From Macrostomum hystrix (lineage: Eukaryota > Animalia > Platyhelminthes), in the NCBI GenBank assembly GCA_950097015.1, contig CATNEN010000038.1:12710001-12774000 (forward strand): 64,000 nt of DNA, in the 5' to 3' direction. Below are positions 51,901 to 64,000 of this stretch, piece after piece. Made by a program: the position numbers and the translations under genes. The number at the start of each line of letters is the position of its first letter. The first letter of the stretch is position 1. The notes under the pieces are model-generated. The model had not been told where the DNA came from, ran no database searches, and was given only the letters and a program-made list of their open reading frames with translations.

Positions 51901-54900
51901 CAGTCGGTTGATTAATTGATGGCACTGTTCTGCTCAAACAGATCTGGCAGTTGCTGTTAATGCCTGCGATTCTTTAATCTTATACAAACTGAGGTCAAGG
52001 TCTTCGTGTACCAGCCTCTGCATCGTGCTCCTTGAAACACCACTTGACCTGGCAAGCTCCCTGATGGACACTCGAGGGTCAGCTTTGATCCTCTCAGCCA
52101 CAGTTTCGCGAAGCTCCTCTGACCTGATTGGTCTTGGAGAGTTGTGGGGTTTCCTTTCAACTGCCGCAGCAGCTCCAACTTCTTCAATGTCGCTCTTGAC
52201 GGCGTAAACACACAACCTAGCAACATTGAGGTTCTCTGCTATCTGTGCTGGGCTTATACCCCGCGTGAGCTGGTCTACCACCATCAAATGTTTAGTGCGA
52301 TTCATGGCTAATGCTAAGTTGCCGAAAATTTTCGCGGCAGCTACAGACTATATAGATACTATTTTGTCTATGACCAAAACTATTATGCTCTAGCTACCGC
52401 TGGCTTTGCTTTCTTCTATTTTTAAGGTTGTCCTTAAACGCATGGGCCACCCGGTAGACCATTTCAATATTCAATAAGGTAATATTATCTTGGAATGTTT
52501 ATCTGACTAGGTAATATTATCCAAGACATATCTTTATAATATTTTAATTTGTACTAATGTTATTAAGAATTCTAAATTTAATATCCATTTTGCCTATACA
52601 AAGCATAGAAACATATCTATGGTCAAAAGTCTGACAATATAGGAAGTGCTTTAAAATGAGATGCATTCAATGTTAAAACATTAGCTACCAAGCTATCAAT
52701 ACTAGGATTCAAGTCAAGCTATTGCTTACTATCCTGTCTTCAATTTATATAATATATGCACTATCACTATCTAGATAGCAAGATAACTAGAGTAGAGGTC
52801 TTAAGTTGGATTATACTATCTACAAAGGAATGACTAGCTTTAGAGTTGGTCAATGTCATATAAACCATACCAAAGACATGGACTTATTACAAAGCAATGT
52901 TTTGGCAAATACATGGCATATTAGAAAGAAAGTTATACCTATAAAAATACCTCTCAATGTGAAGTTCTAGCAAAATGCTTTTGATAACTACTTTTTCTGG
53001 GTTACCTACAATACTATGTTTAACACTCATAAGATATATAATCAATGCAATGATTAAACTATAACACAATTTGGCTGCCAACATAGCCAACATCAGCTAT
53101 ACTATAAATAGAAAAAACTAAATAAAGTGCTAGAACTTATTAAGTTCTTATATAAATAATATTAACAATTTTATATTTTATTAACCAAAATGTCTCTAGT
53201 AAAAGAGATACTAAATGTCTCTAGTATCTGCCTGACATCCTTTGGTTCAAATGTCTTTATAATTTAGGTACTTAAACTTTAATAGATTGCTATTGATTTA
53301 TTGAACTTTAAACCTAAAGTTTAATTCTCAATTCTTCCCTTTGAGCCTATATAATCTCTATAACCCATTTTGTCTATAATGTACTTATTGAAGGTCCTAT
53401 AGTCATATATAGAAAAGTTTATCCTAGAAAAAATAAGTTACAAAATTGTTATTAGCACCCTCAAGAGCCTATATAGCAACAGAATGCTGACTATAGAAAG
53501 TTAGGATATAGATTTTAGATGCATGCACCCTGCAGTTCAAGCCCACATTATTATTTAAGCAACTTTAGCTATTATTAGGCCTAGGGAAAAAGTTCTACAC
53601 AAACAAGAAAGGAAAGGAAAAGTAATTAAAATTGGTCATCAAAGCCATAATTTTATTACAGTGAATTGACACATTACAGTAGGCAATTAGACAAATTCAA
53701 TACCTAACATAACAGCATGCTCGATCTATGTCTATGACTATGAGCCAAGAAATATTCTTGTATTTAGCTAAACTTCTAGAAGCAAAATAAAAACCATAAA
53801 AACTAGGAAAATCCAAATAAATAATTGACAATATATAAATCATTACAATTACAAACCATGATTTTCTTTTCGAGTCATGTGTGAGGACCAAGTTAGTAGC
53901 AGTAGGTTTCTAGCAACTTGGATCTCTATCGACCTAGAAGAAGCATGCTGTAGTTTGAAAAAATACTTAATATTTGCAATATGTTCTTATACAATTAGTT
54001 AAGTAATATAAAACTAAAAAAATGCAATTACTTAAAATAAATTAAGAAAAAAAGCCATAGAAATTAAGATAAGGAAACACTCTTCTTTGTTTAACCGTAG
54101 ATGTGATGTTAAAGCCGTCAGTGTGTGTCATTCTGTCAGATTTTGTTCTGCTTGTGTCATGGGTCATTCTTTTCTATCCACGTCATATTTTTTTGCTCTA
54201 ATAGACCGCTTCTTTATCATCCTATGGCTTTCTTACTGCAGCACATGATAGAAGGCATGGAAAGGCTCATGGTTCACTTGGTTTTAAGTAAAAATGATGT
54301 TCGTCATTTTTATGACTCAGAAAAAATGATGTTTTTGCTAAAATCTTTCTTTGTGACACATTCTGTCATCATATTTAAGAAAAATCATCAGAAACGTACC
54401 TATAGGGGCAGGTGTAATCAATTATTATTATTATCAATTGCTGTTCATTGTGGTCCATTTTGGTGTTTACATAGACTTTTACTAATGTCCTAGATTTACA
54501 ACTTGCTAGTTAAAAGTCATGAAGATTTTCAATGGAGTTACTGCCTATTTTTATACATATTCTTATTTACAAAAATATGATAGCCCTTAGTGATGATTAA
54601 AAGCAAACTGAAGACATTTTATTCAAAATTAAATTTTGAATTGTAAATTTAAAATATCTAGGTTGAATAAAAGTTTAAACTATACTATTACTTTTTCCTG
54701 ACATGTCACACAAACAAAACACATTGTCAATGTTCATAGTTAGGAAGGTGGCCTATGAGGGGGAAAATTCCCGCGCACACAAAGGGTCTCGGTGTACATT
54801 GGCGCACAAGCGTGGCATACACAAAGGGTCTCAGTGCACATTGGCGCACCAGCGCAGTGTACACAAAGGGTCTTGGCGCACATTGGCCCATAAGCTGCAG

Positions 54901-55120
54901 TACACACTATAAATTCCTAGATGTCATAATTTTTCATAAATTGCATATTTGTTATTCTAAATTGCATTTTTCAAATATTGAAATTGTTCATAATTTTTCA
55001 TGTTGCATAGCATTGAATCATTGATCATTGCACTTATCCCATCAACTGTGTTACAATTACTGCTTTCAATTCAGTTTTATTCAATATTATATATATTTGC
55101 TTAGTAATTTGCTTGTATAG

Positions 55121-55162
<42 letters not shown>

Positions 55163-57808
55163 ACCTAACTGTATGAGCATATTTTATTTTGTAACATTAA
55201 TATATCATATACCATTAGGTTAACATAGGGTGCTTTTCTGTGTAGGGTCAGGGTAAGGGGATAGAAACAGCGCATAGACGGCACACAGACAGTGCATAGA
55301 CGGCGCACAGATTGTCCCTCCAAAATTTATTCCGGCGCACACTCTGCCACCTTCCTGACTATGGGTCAATGTAACCTAAAAATCAGATTTTTTGACAGTT
55401 TTGATAAATACTTTACTAAGCAAAATTAGTTGAAAAAAAATTTTGAAGTGTTTGCCTAGGTTGAAATAATGCAAAAGTTAAGAATCAGTAGTATTAAAAA
55501 TATAATAAAAAAATTAACCAAGGTTTTTTATCATTTAAAGTCTTAATTGCTTATAAAGTTAGGGCCTTGAGCTCTCATTTGATAATAGCCATTTTCAAGC
55601 CTAGGTTTGCTTTTCTTAGCTGAGCTTTCTTACTTATTATTTATTTTTGTCTAGTGATGCCCCAAAAGTTTATTTGAGTCAAATCAAATTAAATTTAATT
55701 CCTTTATTTATTAAGGAATTTGCCCAGCTAACTTGTGGCATTTTACTCATGTATAACTTCTAAAGTGTTGTGATTAGTTATTTGGATATCTGTCAGCATT
55801 TTGCCATGACATAATCCACAGGGCACACCATAGGAAATGACTAGGATCACTTAATTACAATTAGTGCCAAGTTACATAATTAGCCTAAAAGTCATGTCCT
55901 TATAATTGCTATCCTCTAACCCTGACAGAACCGCCTAGATGAATACCAGAAGCGCCTTAACAAAGGCGAGACCCTGGAGCAGCAGCAGCTTGATGCCCTG
56001 GCCAGCATGGCCACTGTGCAGGGTAACCTGGAGTTTGCACGCGATGTACTCGGCAGTGTGACCCAGACTCTGACTGAGCAGGAACGCCTTGCCAAGAAGG
56101 CAGAGAAGCGGTCCAAAATCGATCGAGAAAAGCGCGAATTTGAGCAACTGGAGCTGCTGGTGCGGACCCAGGCTCTGCTGGACGAGTTGGGCGCCGAGGA
56201 ACTAAAAGCAGCATTTGCACGCGGAGTCGATGGGGTTAAGCTCAGTGAGCAGGAGGTAATGAGCACTGTAATCGCAACTATTTTCGTACTATAGCACTGC
56301 AGCTTTCTTCGTAAATAGAATTGCAGCTTTTTGCGTAGCTAGAAAATAGCGCGGCTATTTTCGTACTATAGCACTGCAGCTTTCTTCGTAAATAGAATTG
56401 CAGCTTTTTGCGTAGCTATAAGCGCGGCTATTTTCGTAAATAGAATCGCTGCTATTTTCTTAAATAGAATCGCAGCTTTTTTCGTTTTGTTTTCTTTGAT
56501 TTAAAAGCTTTTATCCAGGTATACGTATCTGTCCTTTTTTACTCACAAGTAGTGTGGTTAGAGCAAGGCATGCAGTAACTTAAAATTAAGCCTTCTGTTT
56601 CCATCTAGCTGGAGAGTCTGGACCAGCTCTACCAGGCTCTAGCGCCGCATCGCGAAGCTCAAACTGACGACGACGCCGCCTCCGCCGGACCCGCCTGGCC
56701 GGCCAAGCTTCGTGCCAGCGCCGAGAACTGGCAGCACTATCTAAACGGGGCTGAGCGACGCCTGAATGCTGGCTCTGATACCTCTAGAACTTTTCGCGAG
56801 GTCGCCGATCTTGTCAAGCGCCTGTCTGGCCTGTCCTTCTTCACCGCCGACCGCCAGCCGCCCGTAGCCGCTCCCGAACCGGAGCCAACCATTGAAGTTA
56901 AACCGTCGCCTGTTGTCGATCAACAGCAGCTGCCGGATGACGAGACTGCCATCCACGGAGTTGATCAGCAGCAGGCCTGGGGTCAGCCAAAGCCAAAGCA
57001 GTGGGCCGACGAGCCAATGCCTAGCGAATCGGGCGTGGCTGCTCCGCCTCCAACTGGCACCTTTCAACAACAGCCTGTTGATAATGGCACCGGCTTCCAG
57101 CAGGTGAAATTGCAATGCCCTTAATGAACATATTTAGCTTTTAAACCGGCTAACTTATTAGCTAGCGGGCCAAAGAGAGAACCTAAAAGACGACAGCGGG
57201 CCGCAATGAGTGTATAGATATGTGACTGGGGAAAGATGAGACACGGGAGAGACGAGGACGAGTTGAGATCTGAGGGCTTCGAGGGTCGCATCTGGCCCAC
57301 GAGCCAGAGTCCCGACAGGCATGCCTGTTTCTTTTTGCTTCGTTAAGACTTAAAATGAATGCCACTCACCTCTTCTATCATCGCACAGCCTGCCGCTGCT
57401 GGTGAAGTAGACAATGACGGCGAATTCATCGCCTATTCTCGGCCTGGAGGCAGCGGCCGCGGCCGCGGTCGTGGCGCAGGCGGCGGCGCCGGCTTTCATG
57501 ATAGGGAGCACCGTGGCGGCAGAGGCGGTGGCTTCCGCGGAGGTCGCGGTGGAGGCGAACGTGGTGGCGGACGCGGCTTCGGCGGTCGCGGCCGTGGCGG
57601 CGGCGGAAGCTTCGGCGGCGAGCGGGCCAGCTACGGAGGCGAGCGCAGCGAACGTGGCGGCTTCGGCGGTGGTGGCGGCGAACGTGGTGGCTTCAGTGGC
57701 GGCGAACGTGGTGGCTTCGGTGGCGGCGGCGGCGGTGGCGGCAACTTTCGCGGCCGCAGCAGCTACGCGAGGCACAACTCGTTCCCTAGTCACGCTGAGC
57801 AGCAGTGA
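42924..57808 (+). CDS. CAPRIN1: Caprin family RNA-binding protein; exons 42924-43022, 55929-56255, 56609-57103, 57389-57808
   Basis: HR1 motif IEKKIRNLEKRK|NRLDEYQKRLNKGETLEQQQLDA..NLEFARD split by a 12.9-kb phase-0 intron; RGG-rich C-terminus. Confidence 0.88.
43692..43960 (+). mobile_element. SINE family B body; tail displaced to 54409-54433
   Basis: tRNA-like head, CCTTTAGCAAGACACTTAAC CORE-like block; aligns with 33961-34213. Confidence 0.8.
44620..45020. repeat. 57-bp tandem repeat inside the large element; ~2 more units at 50300-50400
   Basis: GTCATATTTTCTAGAATGTGCAGCCGTCACTTTTGTAGTCTCACAGAACACAC. Confidence 0.92.
45660..45780. repeat. 23-bp tandem repeat
   Basis: ATCTAATCTCCCTGTTACTCAGT x5. 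Confidence 0.9.
45864..50265 (-). pseudogene. Disrupted gene: C2H2-like zinc fingers + tyrosine recombinase + C-terminal PWWP domain
   Basis: CPRC..HLKNWH; GNFHRADAV; DHKT; MLHTKAVAVQSY; GDVMLAKLKSFPWWPALV..HVQFY..EWV; interrupted by a mariner, two stops and a frameshift near 48770-48845. Confidence 0.75.
46656..47963 (-). mobile_element. Full-length mariner (DD34D) with two in-frame TGA stops
   Basis: TIR CGAGGGGYGTACTGAAAGTTTTGAGAT, TA TSD; ORF 47780 to ~46720 with TGDETW, HHDNA, YSPDLAPCD. Confidence 0.95.
51126..52454 (-). mobile_element. maT/DD37D-like Tc1/mariner element with one in-frame TGA
   Basis: TIR CCRGGTGGCCCATGCGTTTAAGGACAAC, TA TSD; FSDEK, QQDSAPAH, WPPSSLDCSPLDY. Confidence 0.92.
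54734..55364. mobile_element. MITE with ~18-bp TIRs and 8-bp TSD (hAT/P-like)
   Basis: CATAGTYAGGAAGGTGGC inverted at both ends; TSD GTCAATGT; internal 42-bp repeats and a (TA)n run. Confidence 0.75.
56270..56480. repeat. Degenerate ~23-bp tandem repeat after the Caprin exon 2 donor
   Basis: GCAGCTTTCTTCGTAAATAGAAT-like units. Confidence 0.75.
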
Positions 57809-60800
57809 GCGGCAGACTCATCAATGCTTTGGTAAACTTTTTATTTTAAGTTTTAAACTATATGTAGTTCTTACTGTGCGTACAATTCGTCTGTTTCCAA
57901 GTTGGCCAGCAAGATAAGGCGAGTTGTATACAAGGAGCATGAACTGGCTGTATTTTTTCGCGCATTCTTCAAATACGATTTCCAGTTCATGCTCTTACAA
58001 AGTTATTCTCGACTGTGTGGAGAATGACTAAAGTGTAAGAAAAACGTTGAGTTTCGATTTCTATGTTGTACTGTTCTATTTGTTGTCTCTTCGCATTTCC
58101 CACTGAAATGAGCCCACTCTAGTTAGCGTTCTCCTCCCTGTTTTCTATTCATTCTTCTGACCCTGTTTTGGCGCCAGGATTAGATTCGCTCCTGTTTGAC
58201 TTATTTGTCTGTCTGTAAAACTCTGTTCAGTTCTGTCAGCTTGTCTCTTGTTACTTTTGATACTGCTGTTTGTTCTTTCTGTTTGTCTGTCAGTCAGTAT
58301 GTGAGTCTGTATTTCTGTTCTGCTGTTCGTTCGTCTGTGTCATATCGTGGTCCCTGGCACTTAATACCAATATCGCATCAAGTCGTGAGGATTGCCGCCT
58401 GTTTGGCTTTTGTGCCCCCCCTATTTTTGCATTTTTGCCCACAATCGCTCTCCTCCCGAGTCTCGAGCGTTTCCTCCCGCCTCCCAGTTTCTGATCAAAT
58501 TTTCGACTGCTTTTTCCACAACTTGCAAAGCTGCCGTTAAAGTTATCCGCTTTAGCTAGCATTCTGCTTAGGCTCAATTGAAAAAAGTGTACGTTAACTG
58601 GCGATTAAAATCATGTGCGCACGATCCGTGCGAGTATCCTGATATCATCTTTTTGCTACGCCCAGGCTTATAGCAATGAGCCTGACCAATTCTGCTGTTA
58701 CTTTTGCACCAGTTTAATCTGCTTTTATACTTGAAATCCAATCACCTACAGTCTATCTCTTTGTCAAGCAAAAATACACCTGAATTTTTAAACTACTGAT
58801 TGAAATCACACAAGTTAATTGTGTTCTGAGACAGAAAAATTACTTACGGCGGATCATAACTTCTGGTTACTTCTGTGGTGCTTAAACTGAGTCTAAAAAC
58901 TCACCATCCGTTTTCGAAAGTTTCCGAAAGTTTCAGTTTTTAACAGTACCTACAAAAATGTAGATCTTTAGCCTTAGTAGACTAGACTGGCGCAATCTGA
59001 ATTGAATCAAAGGCTTTCTTATCGCTAAAAAGCAGATTTAATTCATTTTGTTGCCATGGATTGAACTGCAGGCTATAAGCTAGATAAAGCTACTTGATCC
59101 ATACCGATTCACCTTTATCTGTTGCTTTTTAGTCTGCTTGATTTGAAAACCAGTTAATAATTGAAATTATTTTTTTAATAAGCTCATCGTTTAAAAATAA
59201 TTTCGAAAGTGGATAAGTATTAATTATCATGGTTAAATAAATCTAGAAAGCCACTATATTGACTTTGGAAGCTACGTATATTAACAACTTTACCTATAAT
59301 TAGTTACGTATGTAGGAATCTGAAGTAAGATGAACCAATCTGAATTGAGGGGGATGTCAACTTAAGGCTCAAGAATGGAGCCCGATGTCAATCCTCGAGC
59401 CGAACCGACTGAAATCAGTAGTTTGAAACGTCAAGATATTCAACGATTCTCGATTCTCGTCTCGAACGTCTGCTGGCAAAAACACAAATACATGCATAAT
59501 TTATTTATTCACAGAATGTCATATGTAGCCATGTCGGCTTTTATTTTTTATTACATTGTATTGATTATATTGTTAATTTTTATTTTATTGAACCAATATG
59601 GACTCGCCGCAAAGGTTTATGCAGAGTAATGTCACTCGTCGTTGTCATCAGGGTCTTCGACAAAAATCTCTGAATATCTTGACGATGCTGACGTCGGATC
59701 GCTTTGAAAGTTAGTTAATCGTAATAAGCGATAAAATGGAGTCGATGTTGGACTTCCACGAGAATCGGTCATCGGTTTGGGAGCCATCGTGAAGTAGACA
59801 GGTATGAAATACCTTTGTGGTCTTTTCCCTGGGGGGATCTTGGGCTTTCTACTGTTGAACACTTGCCACGCATGGGCTAGTAGAATAGACTTATGCTAAG
59901 TTGCCTATCCATTTTTTGAATCTTTTGCTTATTCACGTCAAAAACGCGCGACCTGGTCCGCATTCGTATTCATAATTAGGCACACCTGCTGGTTCACCTC
60001 ATGCAGCCTATGCATGTGTAGATAGCTTCGAAAGCCACTGTGTTACGACAGGGCTACTAACGAAGAAGATAAAGTAAATGTACTGCCAAAACTATTCTAA
60101 TCGACAGTGATTGAGCCGTAGTTAAAAATGTGACCCCCTCTGGCACCAGGTTGTCATGACAACGAGTGACTTTCGGCGGCGGCTTGCCGGTGGTAATCTT
60201 TCAGATAAGCAAAGAAAGCAAAATTGAAGTTTTTGAAGCACTGCACACCGCGACTCATCTGCGTGAGGTGTCCTGATAAGACGGCAACTGTATTCAGTCT
60301 CTGTGCCTAAGCAACTAACTTTTCCGATAGCGAAATTAATTCAATCTCTATTAATTAAAAAATACAATCTGCTCAAAAATGCATGTTCTCAAAACTTTGC
60401 CTTCTGAAACAAACTCATCTTTTGGATTTGTAATTTGTGTAGATTTAGAGAATGTTGATTAAGGTCTAGAACTGATGGCAGAATTTGCGGCCACAATGAG
60501 TATAAAGTTGAACTCTTCCAGAAATGTAGGACGAAATAAATTAACGGTTGACATACTAAAATGGAGGATATGAATTTTATTCCTCTTCCTTTTTTCTGAC
60601 AAGAGCAGCCCATTTATTAATGAAAAATGAAGATAATTACTGAGACTTACAGTTTCATATTTTTGTCACATTTTTTAAAAATTATTAAAACTGTTTTTAT
60701 CTGCTTCCTTTTTATTTGCTATAAGTTTGTCAGAAAAAAATTAAATAAAGTATTACTGTGCAATAGTTCTTTCTATTATACGCTATATTTTTTTGCCATT

Positions 60801-60904
60801 GTCAAATACCGCACATTAAAGTGTTATCTTTTGTCAAAGTCGTATGAAATTAGTTTCATAGTTGGCATAAAAACGATCTATCGCACAAACTTGAGCTCTA
60901 GGGC

Positions 60905-63240
60905 TCACACCGGCGTTACCCTTCTTTTAGCAACGAACTTGAAATAGACAACCAGAACCGCGGCCAGAGTAATGCCATTTGTAGGCAGCAGAACGCTCAA
61001 AGTAATAATCGCCGCCTGGTTAAAAACGTAGGTGCAATCAAACTCTGGTGCGTTGGTTGGACCATGGGTGATTGGGGGGCCAGTAGGGCCGGCGGTAGTA
61101 GGGCCGGCGGTAGTAGGATCGGCGGTAGTAGGATCGGCGGTAGTAGGATCGGCGGTAGTGAGGCCGGCGGTAGTAGGACCGACGGTAGTAGGGCCGGCGG
61201 TAGTAGGGCCGGCGGTAGTAGGATCGGCGGTAGTAGGACCGGCGGTAGTAGGGCCGGCGGTAGCTGGGCCTGTGGTTACTGGGCCGGTGGTAGCTGGGCC
61301 GGTTGTCGTCGCAGCACTAGTCCCAGTAGGTGGTGTAGTTATTCCATGGGCCGATGGAGTGAACGTAGGCGTCGTTGCTGGAGGGCTCACCGTAGTTAGC
61401 GGCTCTCGAATAGCGTTAACAAAGCTAACTGTTTGATCTAAGAACGCACAATCGTCGCGACGGAAACCGTATGGCACATTGTAGCCGACAGCGAATGCGT
61501 CCAGTTGGGTAGTGAAGTTGTGATAGAACCTGTGGCTGCTGTTGTACTTGGCCCAGACCTGCTCGTTGTCCCTGGGTACAGGGTCTCCGGTGGCTACGAA
61601 CTTTGCCAGGTAGTCCATCATGCGCTCAGACAGCAGGGTCTGGAGTGGGTTCACAATCGGAGAGTCGTCGGTCGGGTTTCCGAAGAAGTAGTACGCGTCC
61701 GAGCCGTGAGAGGCACCGACGTAGTTGGTGGCGAAGTTGTCCTGCTCGGAGAACACGTAGAAGTAGATGTCGTTCGTCGTACCCTGCAACATTTTGCCAG
61801 GTAGTAATTGGGTTCTCTTAATCGAATGAACTTTAAAGAAAAAATTTTAAGATAGCGAAGCGGAAGCTTAGATAGTTCAAAAGTCAGAAAAATTACCTGA
61901 ACTTTTTCGTACATTCTCTCAGCGAACTCGTTAGCGGCGCTCACGAAGATCCTGTCGGATGCTCCTTTGATCCATCTCTGGAACTGAGCCGGGCCTGAAG
62001 GGTTGCCGAAGTCTGTCAGTCGATCAAACAGCACCTGCTGTCCATCTTCATTCAGTAGATCTGGCTGCCTCTCAAAGTACCTGAACTGGTCTCGAAGAAC
62101 TCTCTCGTAGGTGGTCCTGTTGGCCAGCTGGTCCTGGGTCAGCCTCTGCGACTCCAGGCTGCGCTCAACGTACACAGCAGCCTCGGAGTTGGTCACGCCG
62201 ATCATGAGGTTCATGCCCTCAAAGCGACCGTTGCGGAAGGCCTCCACGGGATCTTCCTTGATGTAGTCTCCGTCGATGACAGGCGGGAACTCGATGCCCT
62301 GGAACAGGCGGTTGTAGTTCGCTTGCTCTCTGATCAGGTTCTCAGGAGAGACATCGCGAAGGCACTCAATCGTAGCACTGAAGTTACCCTGCGTCGGGGG
62401 CGGGCAGTTGAGCTGACGGACGGCGAAATCCAGGTGAATCCTCTCCACAAGAGCCGTGCTCTGACGCACCGACCAGAAAACTAGCGGGGATCCGCCGAGC
62501 ATGACGGCACGCTTGAAGAATGTCCGTGTCCTCTCGTTCAGCATGTGGTATCCGATAGCCGCGGCGCCGGCGTCCAGACCCATCAGCGTCACGGTCTGCA
62601 GGTTGCCTCCGAATTTCTCGATATTGAGGTGCACGTACTCGAGTCCGAGAGCCTGATCCTTCAGGCCCATGTTGCCGGGAGCCTGGGTGGCGCTGAGACG
62701 AAGGAAGCCGAGAACGCCAAGTCGGTACTGCAGACTCACCGTCACAATCGACTCGTGAGATGTGAGCACACGACCTGAGTAGCTCTCGTCTGTAATGGAG
62801 CCGCTCTCAAAGCGACCACCGTGGATCCACACGAGCACCGGGTAGCTTCCAGGGTTCGTGGACGTGCCATTGTACGGCGTCCAGATATTGGCAGCGATGC
62901 AGCTCTCATCCATGTTCGTGAAGTCATTGCTAGCTCCGGGATCTTGGAAGCACGTGCGATCGAAATCGAGTACATCCTGGACGAAGTCCCACTGGGTGAA
63001 GACGGGGTGAGCGAACCGGAACTCTCCGGTGGGGACCTTGGCGAAGTTGATGCCAAGGAAGGAGCCGATGTGCACCGTCGAGTTTTCGGCAGCTCCGCTC
63101 GTCTCGATCACGGCGCCCCTGATTGGTCCAGTTGTGGTGTTGACTGTGAGGTACCTGACGATGGTGAAGTTTCGCTGCGCAGAAGCTGCTGTGGCAGCGA
63201 GTGCCAGCAGCAGCAGCAGACAGGTATGGGCCAATGCCAT
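60905..63240 (-). CDS. Carboxylesterase/cholinesterase-fold type I membrane protein lacking the catalytic Ser; exons 61897-63240, 60905-61783
   Basis: Signal peptide, PVLVWIHGG, QYRLGVLGFL, PGNMGLKDQ, GLDAG, GASHGSD, PTTAG mucin-like stalk, TM helix, short tail. Confidence 0.9.
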
Positions 63241-63809
63241 GGGTTTCAGGGAAAGTGCTGTTTGAAGTGGTGTAAGGCGCAGCTTAGCCTCGGATCTGCT
63301 CCGTGCGTCTGGGTATAGAGCGAGCGCTGCTATATTTCTGCTCAGATTAGATATCGCTTGGTGACAGGAAAGTTTGCTTTTTTGTTACTAAGGTAACAAA
63401 ATAGTTCTACAGTGGCATGGTCGGTTCGATGGCTTGTTTCTTGACTGCAGTAGTGCTACATATGTATATTATTATGTATATCTGGAACACCGGCGTCAGG
63501 TACAAACCTTGGTTTTATGCAACGCTTCATGGGTAAACAATATTAGTGTTCATGTAATTCACACGATTATATCTTGCCCTTTTGTTATTCTCCAGAACTT
63601 CACCATTTTTCGTTTGACGCAACCGCTACGTTTTCTCCCCGATAGCTTATTACTTACTATTAAGATCTCAATGATCTCAATGATCTCAATACTTCTAGAC
63701 TGCAAGTATTCTTCATATGATATCTGCAACCCGAGTCCCAGCAGAACTTACAGACATGCGACATGCATACATTTCTTCAGATCAGCTTCGATTTGTATGG
63801 AAGCACGTC

Positions 63810-64000
63810 GCAATTAATTCGATACATGCGAATACTGAATACTACGATACTACTTCCAGATGGACTGTTGGACCAATTCAGCACGTCGTCAGGCGTGCTG
63901 CAGAGTGACTCTGGCGCTTTTCCTGTTTGTGCTGGCACTGGACTGGGTGCTGAGGAACGGCCTGCCCAACGCCGATACTAGGGCTTCCTGCTGAGAAGGC
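63810..64000 (+). mobile_element. Decayed non-LTR retrotransposon reverse transcriptase fragment
   Basis: PDGLLDQFSTSSGVLQ, then after a frameshift LALFLFVLALDWVLR, matching the RT GVxQG..L.P.LF motif. Confidence 0.6.

Larger units (their letters stand above)
43962..54408 (-). mobile_element. ~10.4-kb element with imperfect inverted termini encoding a ZnF-tyrosine recombinase-PWWP protein
   Basis: Interrupts SINE B; termini CCCAATGGGGGTACGTTTATGA and (reverse complement) CCCCTATAGGTACGTTTCTGA; subterminal ATGAC on the left, GTCAT on the right. Confidence 0.7.

Noticed and set aside
57350-57917. Ala-rich ORFs on both strands
   Set aside because: Shadow frames of the Caprin RGG exon
59632-59862. 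76-aa ORF with an acidic end
   Set aside because: No recognisable domain or supporting splice structure

Overview
Eukaryotic (metazoan) genomic DNA with GT-AG introns and dense repeats; the style resembles a flatworm such as Macrostomum, which is inference only. Spliced host genes reconstructed by hand: SUCLA2 (-, 6 exons), a divergent uridine-cytidine kinase (-, 4 exons), a C12orf56/DUF4551-like gene (+, needs an 18-nt microexon), Caprin (+, 4 exons, 12.9-kb first intron) and a Ser-less cholinesterase-like membrane protein (-). Also present: two orphan small membrane-protein candidates, a GABA-B-like GPCR fragment, two Crypton remnants, three Tc1/mariner elements, several MITEs, two tRNA-SINE families and many minisatellites. 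Main find: a ~10.4-kb element (~43962-54408) in Caprin intron 1. It is delimited by a SINE it splits and by imperfect inverted termini. After removing a nested mariner it encodes a degenerate zinc finger + tyrosine recombinase + PWWP protein, i.e. a candidate chromatin-reader-fused tyrosine-recombinase mobile element.
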